Under the pieces are notes generated by a model. That model worked only from the letters and a program-made list of their open reading frames with translations. It had not been told where the DNA came from and did not search any database. A DNA stretch of 64,000 nucleotides from Rhizodiscina lignyota (lineage: Eukaryota): the NCBI GenBank assembly GCA_010015805.1, contig ML978145.1, positions 124,001-188,000 of the forward strand, given 5' to 3'. Position numbers and translations under genes: made by a program. Shown one piece after another: positions 50,623-64,000 of the stretch; position 1 is the stretch's first letter, and each line of letters begins with the position of its first letter.

Positions 50623-52658
50623 TTATAGGTTCAGTACCGGAATATTCTTCTCCAGATATCCGTACCACTTCGGCAGTGTCCTCTTATACGGCGTTCCTGA
50701 ACTCAACTGCAAGTCTTCAATCGCAGAACCCCACTTAACAAGCTCTGGCTCGCCCCACGCAGATTGCATGAGCGCAAGCCCAAACGGCATTCCGGTCATG
50801 CTGTGGACACCTGCCGGCAGCGTGATCATTGGATATCCCGCTTGAGCTGCAATCTGATACGTCTGACCGATGTCGGGCGGTACAAGCTGTTTAAATTGTT
50901 AGTCTGGTCTTGGATACGAACTGTCATTGGTAATTGCAAGACTTGCCAGAGCGTCCAGCTTCGAGCCGTTCGGTCCCATTGCGAGCGCCGCATCAATACC
51001 ATCTTCTCTTGTCGTTCTCTGGCAGAAAGCTAATGCCTGAAAATAAGCCTCATCCATTATCCCTTTGCTCTCCAAGCTCGCCAGGAAGCCATCTTGTCCT
51101 GAGTAGAAAGCAGGTATACCCAAAGGCCAAGGATGTCCGCCTTCGGATCCGTCGTTTGCATAGTTGTAAGTGACAAGATCCTCAACGTTCTTTATCTCCG
51201 TGTTCTCGAGCTCCGACAAATAGTCGCGGATATTGTTGTAGAAGTCGACTTTCACCACAGTATATTCTGACTCGTTTGGAAAGCCCCGGGTGGTGCCGTA
51301 GTCCCAGTTCCAGCCGTCTGGACTGACAATGGTCTTGTATGTAGGAAGTTCAGTGTTGTTCACAATAGTTGCTCCGGCCGATCTGATTAGTTCCACTAGC
51401 TCAAGCAGTTTATTTTGCTGCTCCGTGTCTGCAAGGGCCCAGAAGCTCGCCCATGGAATTCCAAAAGTCGCATTGGCAAGTGCAGACCTATCAGTCAAAA
51501 ACTGCATGTAGCCTTCACGAGGAGTTTTGCCAATTTGTGCCGAGGTGTAGTTGTCCCGCCCGTCTGGACCATATATGGCATCCAAGACGTAGACTGCATC
51601 GCGAACTGTCTTTCCGAATGGCCCCGGAGAATCCTGATGTGCGCTCTCGGGTATTACTCCAGCGCGCGATGTCAATCCCACGGTTGGCTTGATGCCAACT
51701 ATCGCATTCCGTTCCGCGGGATTGATGATACTGCCGTCGGTTTCCGTGCCCAAAGCGAACATAAATACATTCGCAGCTACACCCGCAGCACTGCCAGAGC
51801 TGCTGCCGCCAGGATTGAGGGTGAGGTTGTAAGGGCTGCGAGCTTGTCCACCACGGGCACTGTACCCTTCGCTGTAATTGTTGGATCGCATGTCGGCCCA
51901 CTCGCTCAGAGTGGCCTTGCCAAGTAGCAATGCGCCCGCAGCGCGAAGTTTGGAGACAATCATAGCATCTCGTGGGACAATTGAACCAAGCAATGCGACT
52001 GAACCAGCTGTAGTCTGCATGCGGTCTTTCGTCGCAATGTTATCTTTTACCATAAACGGAACTGTATAGATGAGCTTTGATCGGGCTTGCTTCCTCGGGA
52101 TACAACTCACTTCCATGAAGTGGGCCTCGAACCTTTCCTGTTTCTCGCTCTGCGTCTAGTGATGCTGCAATTTGGAGGAAATCTGGATTGACCTCTAGGA
52201 CAGAGCTGCTGGTCGTGAGTTGATTTCGTACGATCAACGAGATTGAAACTACACACTTGATATACTCATCGGTCTGCCAGATTCTTTCCATGTAGCACAG
52301 TGCAATTTGAGTAGACGTTAGTACCCCTCTTCCCATGTAGTCTTGGAGCTGATCTATAGTCGCTTCTTCCAGTGTAATACCGTTGCAGAGAGGCATTGGA
52401 AATAGGGCGTCCGTGTTGGCAACATTCTGATCCGGAAAGGCGTATGGCAGCGGAGTCTCCAGAGTCTGAGATCCCACTCCCTACTAAAGTAAGTAGATAT
52501 CACTCTTCTGTAAATGCCAATGCGTCGCATACAATAGTCGGAATTGCAATGTGAACATCAGGGCCAGCGACTTTGACAAAAGAGTCATTCCCTTGAAGCA
52601 ATTGAGAGATAACGACGAGCGGATGGAGACACAAAGTAAGAAAGGTTGATTTCGCCAT
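50623..52658 (-). CDS. Amidase-signature family enzyme, probably secreted
   Basis: Introns 52481-52532, 52206-52256, 52062-52110, 50887-50946 (GC-AG). GPLHGIPFMVKDN, PGGSSSGS, GTETDGSI, GIKPTVG. Confidence 0.92.
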
Positions 52659-53516
52659 AATCGGAACAGTTGAAGAGCGGTAGCGGCTCAACCATTAACT
52701 TCCAGAGCTCAAGGCGGCTTTGACGAAGTCGAAATACCAACTAAAACGTCGCACCATCCCAAAACTCAAAGTCAGAGCCATTGGTGAGAGGCAGTGATTG
52801 CTGAATCCCAATTCAATGGTCTTTATACATGTGAGCTACTTAGCCTGATGTCCTGCAAGATCTGGCATCCCGCCCTGGCATCCTGCATCCTGATAACGAT
52901 GCAAGATGACAAAGTAGGTTATGTTTAGTTTCCGATAGGAGGTCGAAAGCATGATGTCGCACACCGCCTCTCGCTCGAAGGGTTTGGTTCTCGTTCAACC
53001 TGTCACAAAGGCGCCATAAGGACTTCTCAATGGAGAGATGGTCCAAGAAGTCACCATTGGAAGTAAAGGTAGAGAGGACGATCGCTCAAGGGGTCTTGAG
53101 AGCCTGGAGGCTCAGCTGGAAATCTGAAGGAAAAGCAATTTCAGGGTCCATGCACGTTTTCGACATTCCGCGACGAACTGATGCCTCCATGCCTTGTTAC
53201 AACCGCCAAAAATTGTGCGCGAGAGCATGTATACAATGAGACAATGCAATTGGGCAATCTCTTAACCCTGCTGAACAGCCACAGGTCGATTCCAATGGCA
53301 CGCCAGCTCATTCAGCTCCTCCGGGATGCTTCCCGGCTATACCCCACCCCCCCTTGCTTACAACCGCCCTGAAGTTCTCCGTATAGGCGAGAGAAAAGCT
53401 ACTGCCCCTACCAAGTTTGCTGTGCAATTACTCTCCAGAGACGAGAAAATTGTACAACATACAGGCATCGAACCAATTGACCGCCTATCCGGCTCAATTC
53501 ACCCAGACTCCTCGCC

Positions 53517-54271
53517 ATGCCTCTCATCAGGCGCTTCCTCCAGCTCACCACGGTGGGCGCGGCGACAGGTACAGCTGGCTGGATGTGGTACACACGAAAC
53601 ATCCATTTCGTACCATTCGATGCGACTTCGCCGGATTTCACTTCTCCCATATCCAAACGTCTCAACCCGAGCCTGAACAAGCCATCTTGTATCGATGACG
53701 CGACCCGCAGCGTGCCACTGTCGAAACTCAAGACGACAGACATTGCAGAACTTACACGGGACTACTGCAGGGGAGTGTGGGGTGGGCTAGGCTTTGAAAT
53801 ACAGAGACGCGAATTGGAGAGACGGCATAGACATAAAGAGGGCAAAGAGTCTCAGTTGTGGGACGTGAAAGACCTAAAGGAGAGCGAGTATCCAGTCGGA
53901 ACGCGAATTGCAGACCATTTTGAGGTGGTGGAGCACACTCCGGACAAGGTACGAGACTTCTCTCAATAGTGGGACAAGGATTGAGCATTGAAGGGTCGCT
54001 GGCATTCCTCACACTGCCGAACTAATTTATGTGACAGGTCGTTATTCGGTGTGGTGATTCTCCCGACGTTCCAGAGCATAGAGCGTCAGACGGCATATTC
54101 AGTCTCGAGGTTGCGATAGAAGGAGATGTCGCGACATTCCACATGAAGAGCATTTTCTTCAACAGCCTTCCAAATGCTTCGTACAACCAACTGCCGTGGC
54201 ATATCAAGTGGGCTCACATGGAATATGACAAGCTCCTCCTTGAGACGGCCGTTCGATCTCTCCTGCGATAG
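53517..54271 (+). CDS. Hypothetical protein (two exons)
   Basis: Exon 1 53517-53948, intron 53949-54037, exon 2 open to TAG at 54271 (VVIRCGDSP..DGIFSLEV..FHMKSIFFN..HMEYDKLLLE). Confidence 0.75.
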
Positions 54272-55154
54272 TTCGGCAACAGAAAACACAAACCAGTCGC
54301 TCTTCCCTTGTCCAATTTGGAATGGGTCTCGCATGATATTCGATGCTCATCCGCATTTGATATCCAGATTATATCCAGATTAGTGTTCATCGCTTAGGTT
54401 AAGGTGATGCTCTCGTCGACAGATTCATTATGGGAGGGTTCAGTTCAGACTACTCCGTATAGTAGATTTATCCGTTTGGTGAGACGCTACTGTTGTTCCA
54501 ACATAAGGTCGCGTTCAACGATAAGTGGCCAAAGATGCAGCGCGCCTCGAGCTGAACGGCACAACTCTGGCATGAGAAAACGGACGTTTCGTCTTCAAAT
54601 GAGTTTAGAATCGAATAGACTCTGGATACATAGCAGTAACTAATTCAATCAACTGTACAGGGTTCTCGCTTCCCAATGGAGTCATTGCAGTCCACGGATC
54701 TTTGGCTTGTATCTTGTCGGGACTAAGAGACCGCTAGAGAATTAACAGACTCGGGAGCGTTCTGTGCTGTTGCGTCTGTGGCTGAAGCCAATTTGCATTT
54801 GCAGTCCTTAAAAGAAGCTCAATAGGCGGATTTTGAGCACGTGTGGGGTGGGCCTTGGTCCAGCTCAGCAAAGATCTTCACTTTTACGCCCAACTGGCCA
54901 TCAGCTTCCCCGCGCCTTAGCCTTTGCAATGCAACCTCAACCCCACGGGGATAGCAGCGCAACACGGATTCAAGCTACCTTTTCAGGGCAAGACAAGAGG
55001 AAATATTCCGCAATGTTCTGGGCGTCAGGTTCTCTGCATTTCCCTCTCACATTACGATTTATTCTCACCATATCTCTCTTCGTTCACTTCGACCATGCTG
55101 TAGTTGTCTCACGTGAATTTCACAACTCAAGAGATTGGTCCAAGTCTCTGCATC

Positions 55155-57054
55155 ATGGTGGACGAAGAGAATATCGAGATGCGAACGGCAGCAGCCGGGA
55201 AAGATAACATCCGGACGCTGGAGAACGCGCCTCGCGACTCTTTGGAAGACCTCAAACCAGTACTGGCAAAAGGCGGCGATAAAGCTGCAGAGCTTCTGGC
55301 TAGTGAAGGACGAGTCTATGTTTCCGCTGAAGATAACAAACGCGTTCTTCGAAAGATTGACCTTGTCATATTGCCGCTGCTGCTCATTATCTACTGTCTT
55401 CAGTCACTCGACAAGACCGCCCTGTCATACGCTTCAGTCTTCGGTCTGATTCAGGACACGAATCTTCATGGCGAGGAATACTCCTGGCTTGGGTCGATTG
55501 TCTATGTTGCGCAGCTTGTGATGCAACCGCTGGTGTCATTTATGCTTGTCAAGATTCCACTGGGCAAGTTTATCAGCGTGATGGTCTTCCTGTGGGGGGT
55601 CATTCTCTGTGGAATGGTTGGAGCGAAGAGTTTTGGCGCATTAATGGCTACGCGATTCCTCCTTGGTGCTGCTGAAGCAGCTGTTGGTACGTGAAGAGCG
55701 TGTACGTGGTAGGGATAGGCGCTAATGAGCATATAGCCCCTGCCTTCATTGCTGTAGTTCAGATGTGGTATCGAAGAAGCGAGCAAACGAATCGAAACGC
55801 AAGTTGGTACGCAATGCTTGGTGTTGTGAACATGGTTAGATACCACGGAGATTCTATGTCGTCCACAAACAAGCTGACCGCTTACCAGTTAGGAAGTCTC
55901 CTGACTTATGGCTTGGGTCATATTCATTCAAGCACGCTGCACTCATACCAGGTACGTACAGTCCTACCACGCCATGACCGCACAATTGCTTACAATTCTC
56001 AGATCATATTCTTGTTTTGTGGTCTGCTTACAGTCGTGGTATCGGTATTCTGCGCGTACGTGGCAATACTATTTCCGCCCGGAAGCCGAAGCTAATTGAA
56101 CAAGGATTTTCATGCCAGATTCGCCAATGGAAGCTAAATTCCTGACCCACGAGGAGAAGTTGATCGCCATTGAACGTCTCCGTTTGAACCAGATGGGTGT
56201 CGCATCCCGAGTCTGGAAATGGGATCATGTCCAGGAAGCCTTCCTTGACATCAAAACCTGGCTGTGGTTTTCCATGCTCATGGCGATCTCGTCCGTATTC
56301 TTGAAAACCCGTTGGCTGTCTCAAGGGATAAGGCTGACACAGTTACAGTATTCCGAGCGGCGGAATATCCACATTTGGTCCCCTGATTGTCCAATCATTC
56401 GGCTTCGACTCGTTTACCACGATTCTGTTCAATATTCCGTTCGGCGCAGTTCAGCTTGTCGCTACCTTGGGAGGTGCCTTCTTAGCTACCAAGATCAAGA
56501 AGAAGTCCGTCGTTCTACTCTTGCTATGTCTCCCGCCTATTGCAGGCTTAATCATGCTCATGGTGATTGATCACGACAAACGCAACCGCGGAGCTCTTCT
56601 CGCGGGTTACTACATAATCTCCGTCTACCCTGGAATAACGCCGCTCATCTACAGCTGGTCTGCCCAGAATACTGCCGGTGACTCTAAGCGCAAGGTTACT
56701 ACCGGCATTCTGTTCGTTGGAGCCAGTGCCGGTAATATTATTGGCCCGCACTTGTTCAATCCGTCGGAGGCACCACGGTATTCGAGAGGGCTGCGTTCTA
56801 ACCTCGCCTTGTTCTGCACGATCATCGTGTTAATTTGTCTCGGCATGACATACGTTACCGTGCTCAATAAGAAACACGCAGCGAGACGAGTGGCGATGGG
56901 AAAGGCAGCTGAGGTCGTCGACATAAGCATGGAGCATGCCAAGAGCCTCGGGGAAAGGGGTGAGGTGCTCAATGCGGAGCACGGGGGTCTGGGAGAGAAG
57001 GCGTTCGACGATGTGACGGATCTCAAGAACGAGGACTTCATTTATCTGTACTGA
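55155..57054 (+). CDS. MFS transporter, anion:cation symporter (Dal5/allantoate permease-like)
   Basis: Introns 55687-55736, 55835-55888, 55952-56002, 56056-56104, 56291-56348. RKIDLVILP, LDKTALSYAS, RFLLGAAEA, PDSPMEAKFL, NTAGDSKR, terminal DVTDLKNEDFIY. Confidence 0.92.
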
Positions 57055-57804
57055 TCTGTGAAATCCCATGCACCTGTTCAAATCGAGCTAGTCTCCCGAT
57101 GTCCACGAACCGAGGATCGCCGGAAATACCATCAGCGAGTGTACAAGCTTCTCAAAATAGTCCTGTATAGTAAAAATGTTTACGGGAGAGTGCGGAATAG
57201 TGGGCCTCGGTGCCTTACTGCCCTGTCATTCGAGCATTGGCTGCATTAGTCAAATTCTTATACCTGCTTAGGGCTGATGATTAATGGGAACATACAATCT
57301 GCTGAAACATCGCTAAGCATCGTGGAGAGGGATGTCAAAAGTGAAATTCCCGAACAATGCACCATCGGTGTATTGGTGGCGGTGTAGAACTGTATCTCCG
57401 CAAAACAACGCTCTTGGCAAGATGTTACAATTCTACAGCCTATCTACGGGTGGAGATGAATTCCCTGGCTGGTAAGGGCGCTACGAGCGGCTCCCAGAAA
57501 TACGTCTGTTGAAGCCTCGTCAACTGCCGCAGCAAGCCATGAGAGTAACACTCAAAGCTATGACACCACTTCAGTCCTGGTCCATAGCTTTTGCCACGGG
57601 ACCTTGTGAGCATTCTCCACAGGCTCAGACCACGACTCTAAGCGACCAGCAATTCGGCCGAATCAGCATGTTAGCTTATGGAGAAGCTATGCAAGATCTG
57701 CCATCTCCTTAATGACGGTAGGCATTACAACGCCTCGTGTGTCTAAAAGAAAGCTGAATTGACCATTTGATCTAATATCATGTGTGCGGGCGTTTACACT
57801 CCGT

Positions 57805-60215
57805 TCACGCTCCGGTCCATCCAAAATGTTGACCTCCACAGACAAACGAGTCAAGGTCAAAGAATGACGAGTTCTCGTATACTCCGGCAAATTCATCCCA
57901 AGACTGCGTCCGGAAGTCCATTGGAAATCCCGCCATTTCCGCAGAGGTAGGGGGAAAACTAGTTGCGCTTGTAGAGGGAGCTGCCTGTTCATGGTGAGAC
58001 ATTATCGGTAGTTCCATGTAGCTGTGGTCATGAGCTTGAGGGGGAGTGTCCGTTCCCTGCGTATCTCGCTGAATGTCATGTTGGAGAGTACCGGATTGCG
58101 TGGTGCTCGGACTGGAGGTGGATGTGAGACTAGACATGCGCCTCTTTACATGTTTGAACAGGTCCTGCGCAAGATGTTAGTCTCAGGGGGGCTCCCAAAG
58201 AGTGCAGAATCACACACCTCCAAAGCTGCAACGGAACGTCTTGCGAGCGGACTGTCGTGCATAAGTCTTCTTTGCACCTCGTAGCATTTCTGTGCAGATT
58301 CCCAGATCGTCCGTACGCGTGGGCTTGAAGGATGATAGGTAATGTAGACCAACATGACAGTCGCAGCCATGGCGTTGATGTATGTCGTGAACCAAAAGTT
58401 GCCAGCGATATCCTTTGTCTCCACTAGCTTAGACGTCATTTCGCAGACCTTGTTTGCTGCATCTAAACAACGATCTTGATATTTCTGAAGCCATGGTTTC
58501 GGACCAGGCACGCTTTCGCCCTCAGTGTTTCGCTTTGCGACCAATCCAGACAGTGGTAAAGATTGTCGATATATCATCATAGTAACTTGCTGCTCCGAAC
58601 ACTTGATCACGACCCATTGCCGTTTGCGCATGGCGTCCAAGCCATCCGGTGCATCTTTTCGAAGGTGTTCTGGCAGTTCGGTTCTCCATCTGTCGACCAT
58701 GTCGCCGAGGCGGTCCGCTACGTCACAGTCAAATTCGGCATCCAAATCGAGATAAATGAACTTCAGAGCTCGTCTGAGGACCCATGCAACCTTTGCTTGA
58801 GCGATTGCTGCGAGAATGAGTGGAGGCTGTTCCGCCAATAAGGCGCTATCCTGGCCCGATTGGGGGGATTTCTCGGTTGGTATGATGCTCGCTTCGAAAG
58901 CCTCATCGTACTCAACATTTGGATGCCTGATTTTCACCCCTGTCTCCTCAAATGCCGGTGACTTCCCCACCATTGATGCAACAATACTGTCTATTGAATA
59001 TATGGCCCAGAACGTACGTTTGCGCTGCTCGATGTGGAGATGAAGCTGTGAGTTAGGATAGGTCCCAAGTGGTACGTCCTTATCGGATCCAAAACGGTAT
59101 GGATTCTCCCATCGACTCATATCCAGATTGTTCGCCATGTTCTTGACAACAGCTAGGGCATCCCATCCCGCTTTGACGCGGTAGGCTCGAACCAGAAACA
59201 AGGACATCATGAAACGGACCTGGAGCGTTGCGAGACGGTCGACAGAATGGTTCTCCTTTTCGAGAATGAACTCTGTGACCTGATAATACTCTGTGCCTTT
59301 TTGCTGTATCCATGCCCTTTCGCTAGGCGTTAATGGCTTGCCACTGCTCAGCTCAGGATATTGACACCCCATAGCCCAAACCATCAGTACGATGCACTCG
59401 TCAATCTTTGAAAGTTCTGGAGTCCTCGTGGATCCACTGCCGAGCCATTCGCCACCACTGCATAGTGTATACACCATCCGCTCAATTGTAGGACGATGCA
59501 AGAAACGACAAGTTGGGTTTCCGATCTCGAAATACCACCGACACATTTCGAAACCCCTTTCTCGATTCGGCAGGGTATAACGCGCAATATCCAATGGCGG
59601 AAATGGTGGTTCGCAAAAATGGAGCCAGCTCTGAGCTCGGCGCATCTCTCGAGACCCCATGTAGCCTGCTGGGTTTGGCGCATTGCTGGGCGATGTTGAG
59701 GCAGTTCTATCGGTGACTGAGGCTGAAAGGGGATCCTTAGCATCCTGCGTTGGTGGTGGCGGCGATTGCTCTGTGCAAAGCTGCAGCTGAGTCGCATAGG
59801 AGAAGACGGAGATGCTGCTTCTACCTAAGAAGCCTTCTCCGTGTTCTGCCTCAGAGTCCGGAGACGCTTCCCTTGAGTACCGATGAATGCTTCGCCTCCC
59901 CTCCTCACGCTCCAAGTCGGCTACGAAGATATGTTTCGAAGGATTTGGGATTGGCCCAGCGATGCCAGAGGGCGAATCTGACCTGCGTGCAATTGGCACG
60001 GCCGGCGGCGCAAGTCCACGAGAGTATGGCGTGTTGTAAGTGCAAGCAACTCCTAAAGCCTCGCATCTCGAGCATGGCTGAACTCCATCACATTTCGTCT
60101 TGCGCGCCTTGCAATGGTCGCAAGCTCGAATGATGTTCTTGCGACGCCTCTTCAAAACTGGTCGTCCATCCCTCGCGTTCGTCCAGAAGGTCTCCTTGCT
60201 GACATAATCAGCCAT
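57805..60215 (-). CDS. Zn(II)2Cys6 transcription factor with fungal-specific TF middle domain
   Basis: ACDHCKARKTKCDGVQPCSRCEALGVAC; FLHRPT; EQRKRTFWAIYSID...GK.P; intron 58165-58217. Confidence 0.92.
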
Positions 60216-60493
60216 TGCATTTCCGGTACCTCGGATTGAGCGCCGATAGTAGTAATCTCGTCACGAAATAGAGAGTATGGCGGTACTTTGACGCGGAATG
60301 TAGCAGTATCGTGACAGTAGAGCATCGGAAAGCTTGAGGGACCAAGCTTCTCACAGCAGGAGAGGAACAGATATGCATGACAAAGCGAGAAACTCCTGAC
60401 TATAAAGAGACTTTTAGATTGACGTAGGAGAATCCGTACTCAACGTCTAACCACCTGCCCCAAGGACCCAAATCCAAGGTCGCTCGCGGCGGC

Positions 60494-60514
60494 TGACTAA
60501 GATTCGGTTAGTCA
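60494..60514. promoter_or_regulatory. Inverted pair of AP-1/Yap-like sites TGACTAA-N7-TTAGTCA flanked by CGGCGG
   Basis: CGGCGGC TGACTAA GATTCGG TTAGTCA TCGGCGG, about 280 bp upstream of the Zn2Cys6 gene ATG. Function is inferred from the motif only. Confidence 0.35.
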
Positions 60515-61129
60515 TCGGCGGTTTCGCTTTTTGGAGAAGCTTATGTACGATCAGGCCGTGCCAGACGAGTCAGGCTGGTCGAATCGTGCGAGGCGTCCAT
60601 GCATGGACGTGAGAAACATTTCTGCATTCTGCCTCCCGAACGACCGCGGCTCTTCACCGTCGGCAATCGGGTCGGTTCACGCTAGGCGCCCGAATAAGCC
60701 GAGCATGATGTAAGCAGAGGAGCCTTACTGCTCCGGGCGTAGAAGCCGTGCGGAACTAAGAGCAGGAAGTGGAGGCCTGGTCGTGTACGAAGTCCGAGCA
60801 GCAGACCGCGCGGGACGATCGCCATCGCGTAGCATTATTACTCTTCAGCCTCAACTTTAATGCAGGTACATCTCCGAGCAGCTCTCAGCTCCCAGCTTCG
60901 TCGTCCAGCTTGAAGAAGACTCGCGACTCCTCTTGCTCTCAGTAGGGCGCCATTATGCGCCACAGCTTGGCATTGACGACGAGACTCTGCGCGGACTAAA
61001 TTCGGAGTTGCGACGCAGTCACGCCTGTGCCGCAGCGGCATCATCACAAGGCTCAGTTACGTGATAGTCTGAAGATAAAGTATGCTGATTAGATCCTTCG
61101 TCGAAATCATGGCTTGCTTCCGCGCGAGT

Positions 61130-62838
61130 TCATTGAGCCTGCTTCCTCAACCGCACTTCTAGACCTTTCTGGACTACGAAAAATGTGGTGTGGTGCTTCA
61201 GCGGACGTCCCGGATGGACAATCTCAAAATGGTACCTTCGAATGAGCTGTGGTAGCAGCTTGTTCATCTGCAAGAGCGCCAGATTCCGACCAATACAGAG
61301 ATGCCTCCCACCTCCGAACTACGTCTGTTAGGGCCATTCGATTCCAGCGTGGAGGTCAAAGACAACTCACTTGGTACATATTCCTCTCCATAGCTTTAGC
61401 ATCTCCTTCTAGCCAGCGTTCCGGCCTGAATACATCTGCATCCTTGCCCCAGGCGTTTTGATCTCTGTGCAGTGCCCATGCGTTGACACTCGCTCTCATA
61501 CCTCCATGATACTGTTTGCCATCGATCGTCGCACCCCCTTTCGGAACAAAGCGCTGGTATTCCAGACCCAGGGCTGGCCGAATTCGCATGGCCTCATTTA
61601 GACATGCCTGGAAGTAAGGAAGGGCTTGGCCTTCCGAGAATGAAACCATCTGGGACAGCTTGCCTTCCTTCTCGGCGGTGAGAATCTCCGATTCCAGCTT
61701 GGAATAAACATTGGGATGATTTAGGACCAGGTAGAAGAACGACTGCATGGTGGAGGCAGTAGAGTCGGAACCCGCACCGCTAAACAGTAGATCAGTCAAC
61801 GTGATTACAGCAAAATGATTGAGTACGGAAAGCTTGTAGACCCACATGGCACCAAACGCTACCGCAATGACATTCTTTTCCGTGAATTCGTCTGGGTTCT
61901 TAGCATGCGCCTCCAGCAACTGTCCAAGCAAATCTGCTCGGTCATCTGCATAGGCGCTACCGATCTGTTCAACAGCCGCTTTACGTTTCATGACTTCGCC
62001 AATAGCCATCACCGCGATCTGCAACGGCGGAGACTGGAACCAGGATGGAAGATGGGGTAAGATGGGGTTGCGTCGTAAGAGATAGTCCAAAGGAGGAACT
62101 TGACCGATCAATCCATCGTAGAATTGGATCTCGTCTATGCCGGCAATGCAGCCGCCCACATCGCACTCCTTTTCGAGGAAGCCAAATCGGACGGAGAAGG
62201 CCACCTCGCCCAAAAGCTGGTCCTCTTAGTCTACAAGAGAATTGCATCGGAACTGGGGAACCCACATCAAAGGAGAACCAATGAAGCCAATCTGTTAAAT
62301 CGCACGTGCGACCACTGTCCGCGAATTTGTCCAGTTTCCCCGCTAGTTCGTTTTCAACGTTCTCGACATACTTTGTCATCTTCCCCATGCTGTTCAAACT
62401 GTAGGGTACAACTGAATATCGCTTCAATTTGGCGTGCTTATTCTCGTCGATCTCCGTGAAGATGTCCGGGTTGTCGATCATGGGAAAGCATGTATAGAAG
62501 TCGGTCTTAGTATACCCTTTGCCGACGGCCAGGATATCTGCAGCTGCGTTCGGAGAAGCAAACGCCACCTCGTCTGGCCCCAGACGTACAATTGGTCCGT
62601 ACTTTTTATGCATATTGACTTTGTCTGTCTCCGTGTGGCCTCTCAGCACACTCCAGAATTTCCATAAACGACTTCCGGACGCAAGGAAAGGGCCCGGCAG
62701 GTCAGCCAGAGGGGATACATGACGGCGATAGAAGAACCTGCCAATTATCATGCAGACGGTGAGAATCAAGAAGTTCGACCGAACGAATGACAGCGCACCG
62801 TAACTCGGGGAATACGTTTCATGTTCTGGATGATTCAT
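61130..62838 (-). CDS. Cytochrome P450 monooxygenase
   Basis: Introns 62217-62265, 61780-61845, 61319-61370. N-terminal TM and PGP hinge, AGSDST I-helix, EAMR, PERW, heme motif FGGGRHLCIG. Confidence 0.95.
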
Positions 62839-63461
62839 TTTGGTGGTGGAACGGAGGCTTTGGAAGTCAAATGAGACTCCACGATGGTAGCAAACCTTCA
62901 GCGGGACAGAAAAGCAGTCAGAACTTGCAAGAACGGGACATCTCTGTTACTTATGGGCGAAGTGAGGATATGCCGCCTTCGAGGAGTGGTCGAACTGAGC
63001 CCCTGAGCGGCGGAACGGCACGTACATTACTCCGATCTCAATTCAGAGAGTAAGACCAGGGGTACCTTTATCTGTACTGAGACAAGATTATGAATCTTTC
63101 AAAGGCCTCTTCCCTTAAACATTGTTCGAGTGTCTAGATATAAAGAATACGATTTGGAGCTTTTAGTGGAGGTCACCGATATGCGGGGTGCCTAGAAACA
63201 TGTTCTGTGATCTATATTTATTTCCCTTTTCGGTTTGGCCTACTTTTAAGGCCACCTCCTTTCTCGGCTTCTGCGTCCCCACAAAATGCCGAGTCAGGCT
63301 CCGGGGAAAGGTCTACCAATTACAACTGTCCGGCAAAAAGAGGTATTCCAGTACCAGATCTTCAAGATGTACTGTGTCGTCTATCACACAAGGCGTTGTC
63401 CGCATATGAGTTCTTTCCTGGTGCTCTTTCAGCGCAGAAATTCCATTGAAAAGTCGAAGCA

Positions 63462-64000
63462 ATGCAACAAGCTGACGTTGTCCCGGTAATTATTGTCGGA
63501 GGAGGTCCTGTCGGACTGACTTCCTCAATCCTTCTGTCATTAAGGGACATACCTCACATCTTATTCGAGAGACACCCTGACACCTCTATCCATCCAAAAG
63601 CATGTGGAATCAATCAGCGAACATCAGAAATATTCCGCGCCATAGGAGTTGAAGATGAGGTCTGTCAGCAGGCCGCCCCAATGCCAATTGCTGGTCGTAC
63701 CGCATGGTATACGAGTTTGGGGGAAGACGGGCGAGAGATTATCTCGCGCGACGCCTGGGGCGGCGGCCAATACGCTGATGAGTACGCCACGTTTAGCCCT
63801 TCCCGGTACTGTATACTGCCGCAAATCCGCCTAGAACCGATTCTCAAAAGGAGAGCCATCGAGCTAAATCCAGAAGGGGTCGTCTTCAATGCCGAAGTTT
63901 TGGACGTACGGAATGAGAATGACCGCGTGCGAGTAAAGGTCAATTTCAGGGGCAAGAGTGCAAACAGCAACTCGGCCGAATTCTCCACTCAATACGTCCT
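63462..64000 (+). CDS. FAD-dependent aromatic hydroxylase/monooxygenase (FAD_binding_3), 5' part; runs off the window end
   Basis: Hand translation: MQQADVVPVIIVGGGPVGLTSSILLSLRDIPHILFERHPDTSIHPKACGINQRTSEIFRAIG...LPQIRLEPILK. Not in the ORF track because it has no stop in the window. Confidence 0.9.
   Translation, partial: MQQADVVPVIIVGGGPVGLTSSILLSLRDIPHILFERHPDTSIHPKACGINQRTSEIFRAIGVEDEVCQQAAPMPIAGRTAWYTSLGEDGREIISRDAWGGGQYADEYATFSPSRYCILPQIRLEPILKRRAIELNPEGVVFNAEVLDVRNENDRVRVKVNFRGKSANSNSAEFSTQYV

Overview
Fungal (filamentous ascomycete-type) genomic DNA with short GT-AG introns of about 45-90 nt and CTRAY-type branch sites. About 27 protein-coding loci can be modelled by hand. The left 18 kb is mostly conserved genes: an NAD-dependent epimerase fragment, a head-to-head DOA4/VPS27 pair, a GT32-like glycosyltransferase, two alpha/beta hydrolases and a sugar porter. 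The 18-35.5 kb stretch is gene-poor and accessory-like: orphan genes, an SIS-domain isomerase, a GNAT, a TA-flanked MITE-like element at an assembly gap, a GPI-type cell-wall protein, a non-coding array of about 19-20 degenerate 55-bp units, and a JmjC-type dioxygenase. The right part has a BVMO, a CNNM/MAM3-like gene and BCKDH E1-beta, then a run of regulators and catabolic or tailoring enzymes (bZIP, frameshifted CMD-like gene, ABM, amidase, MFS, Zn2Cys6, P450, FAD monooxygenase). The most unusual signal is the 55-bp array (31146-31860 and 32206-32590) just downstream of the JmjC gene: its unit length is tightly conserved, one half is conserved and the other is variable but often hairpin-capable. 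All gene models and alignments were made by eye and no database searches were run.
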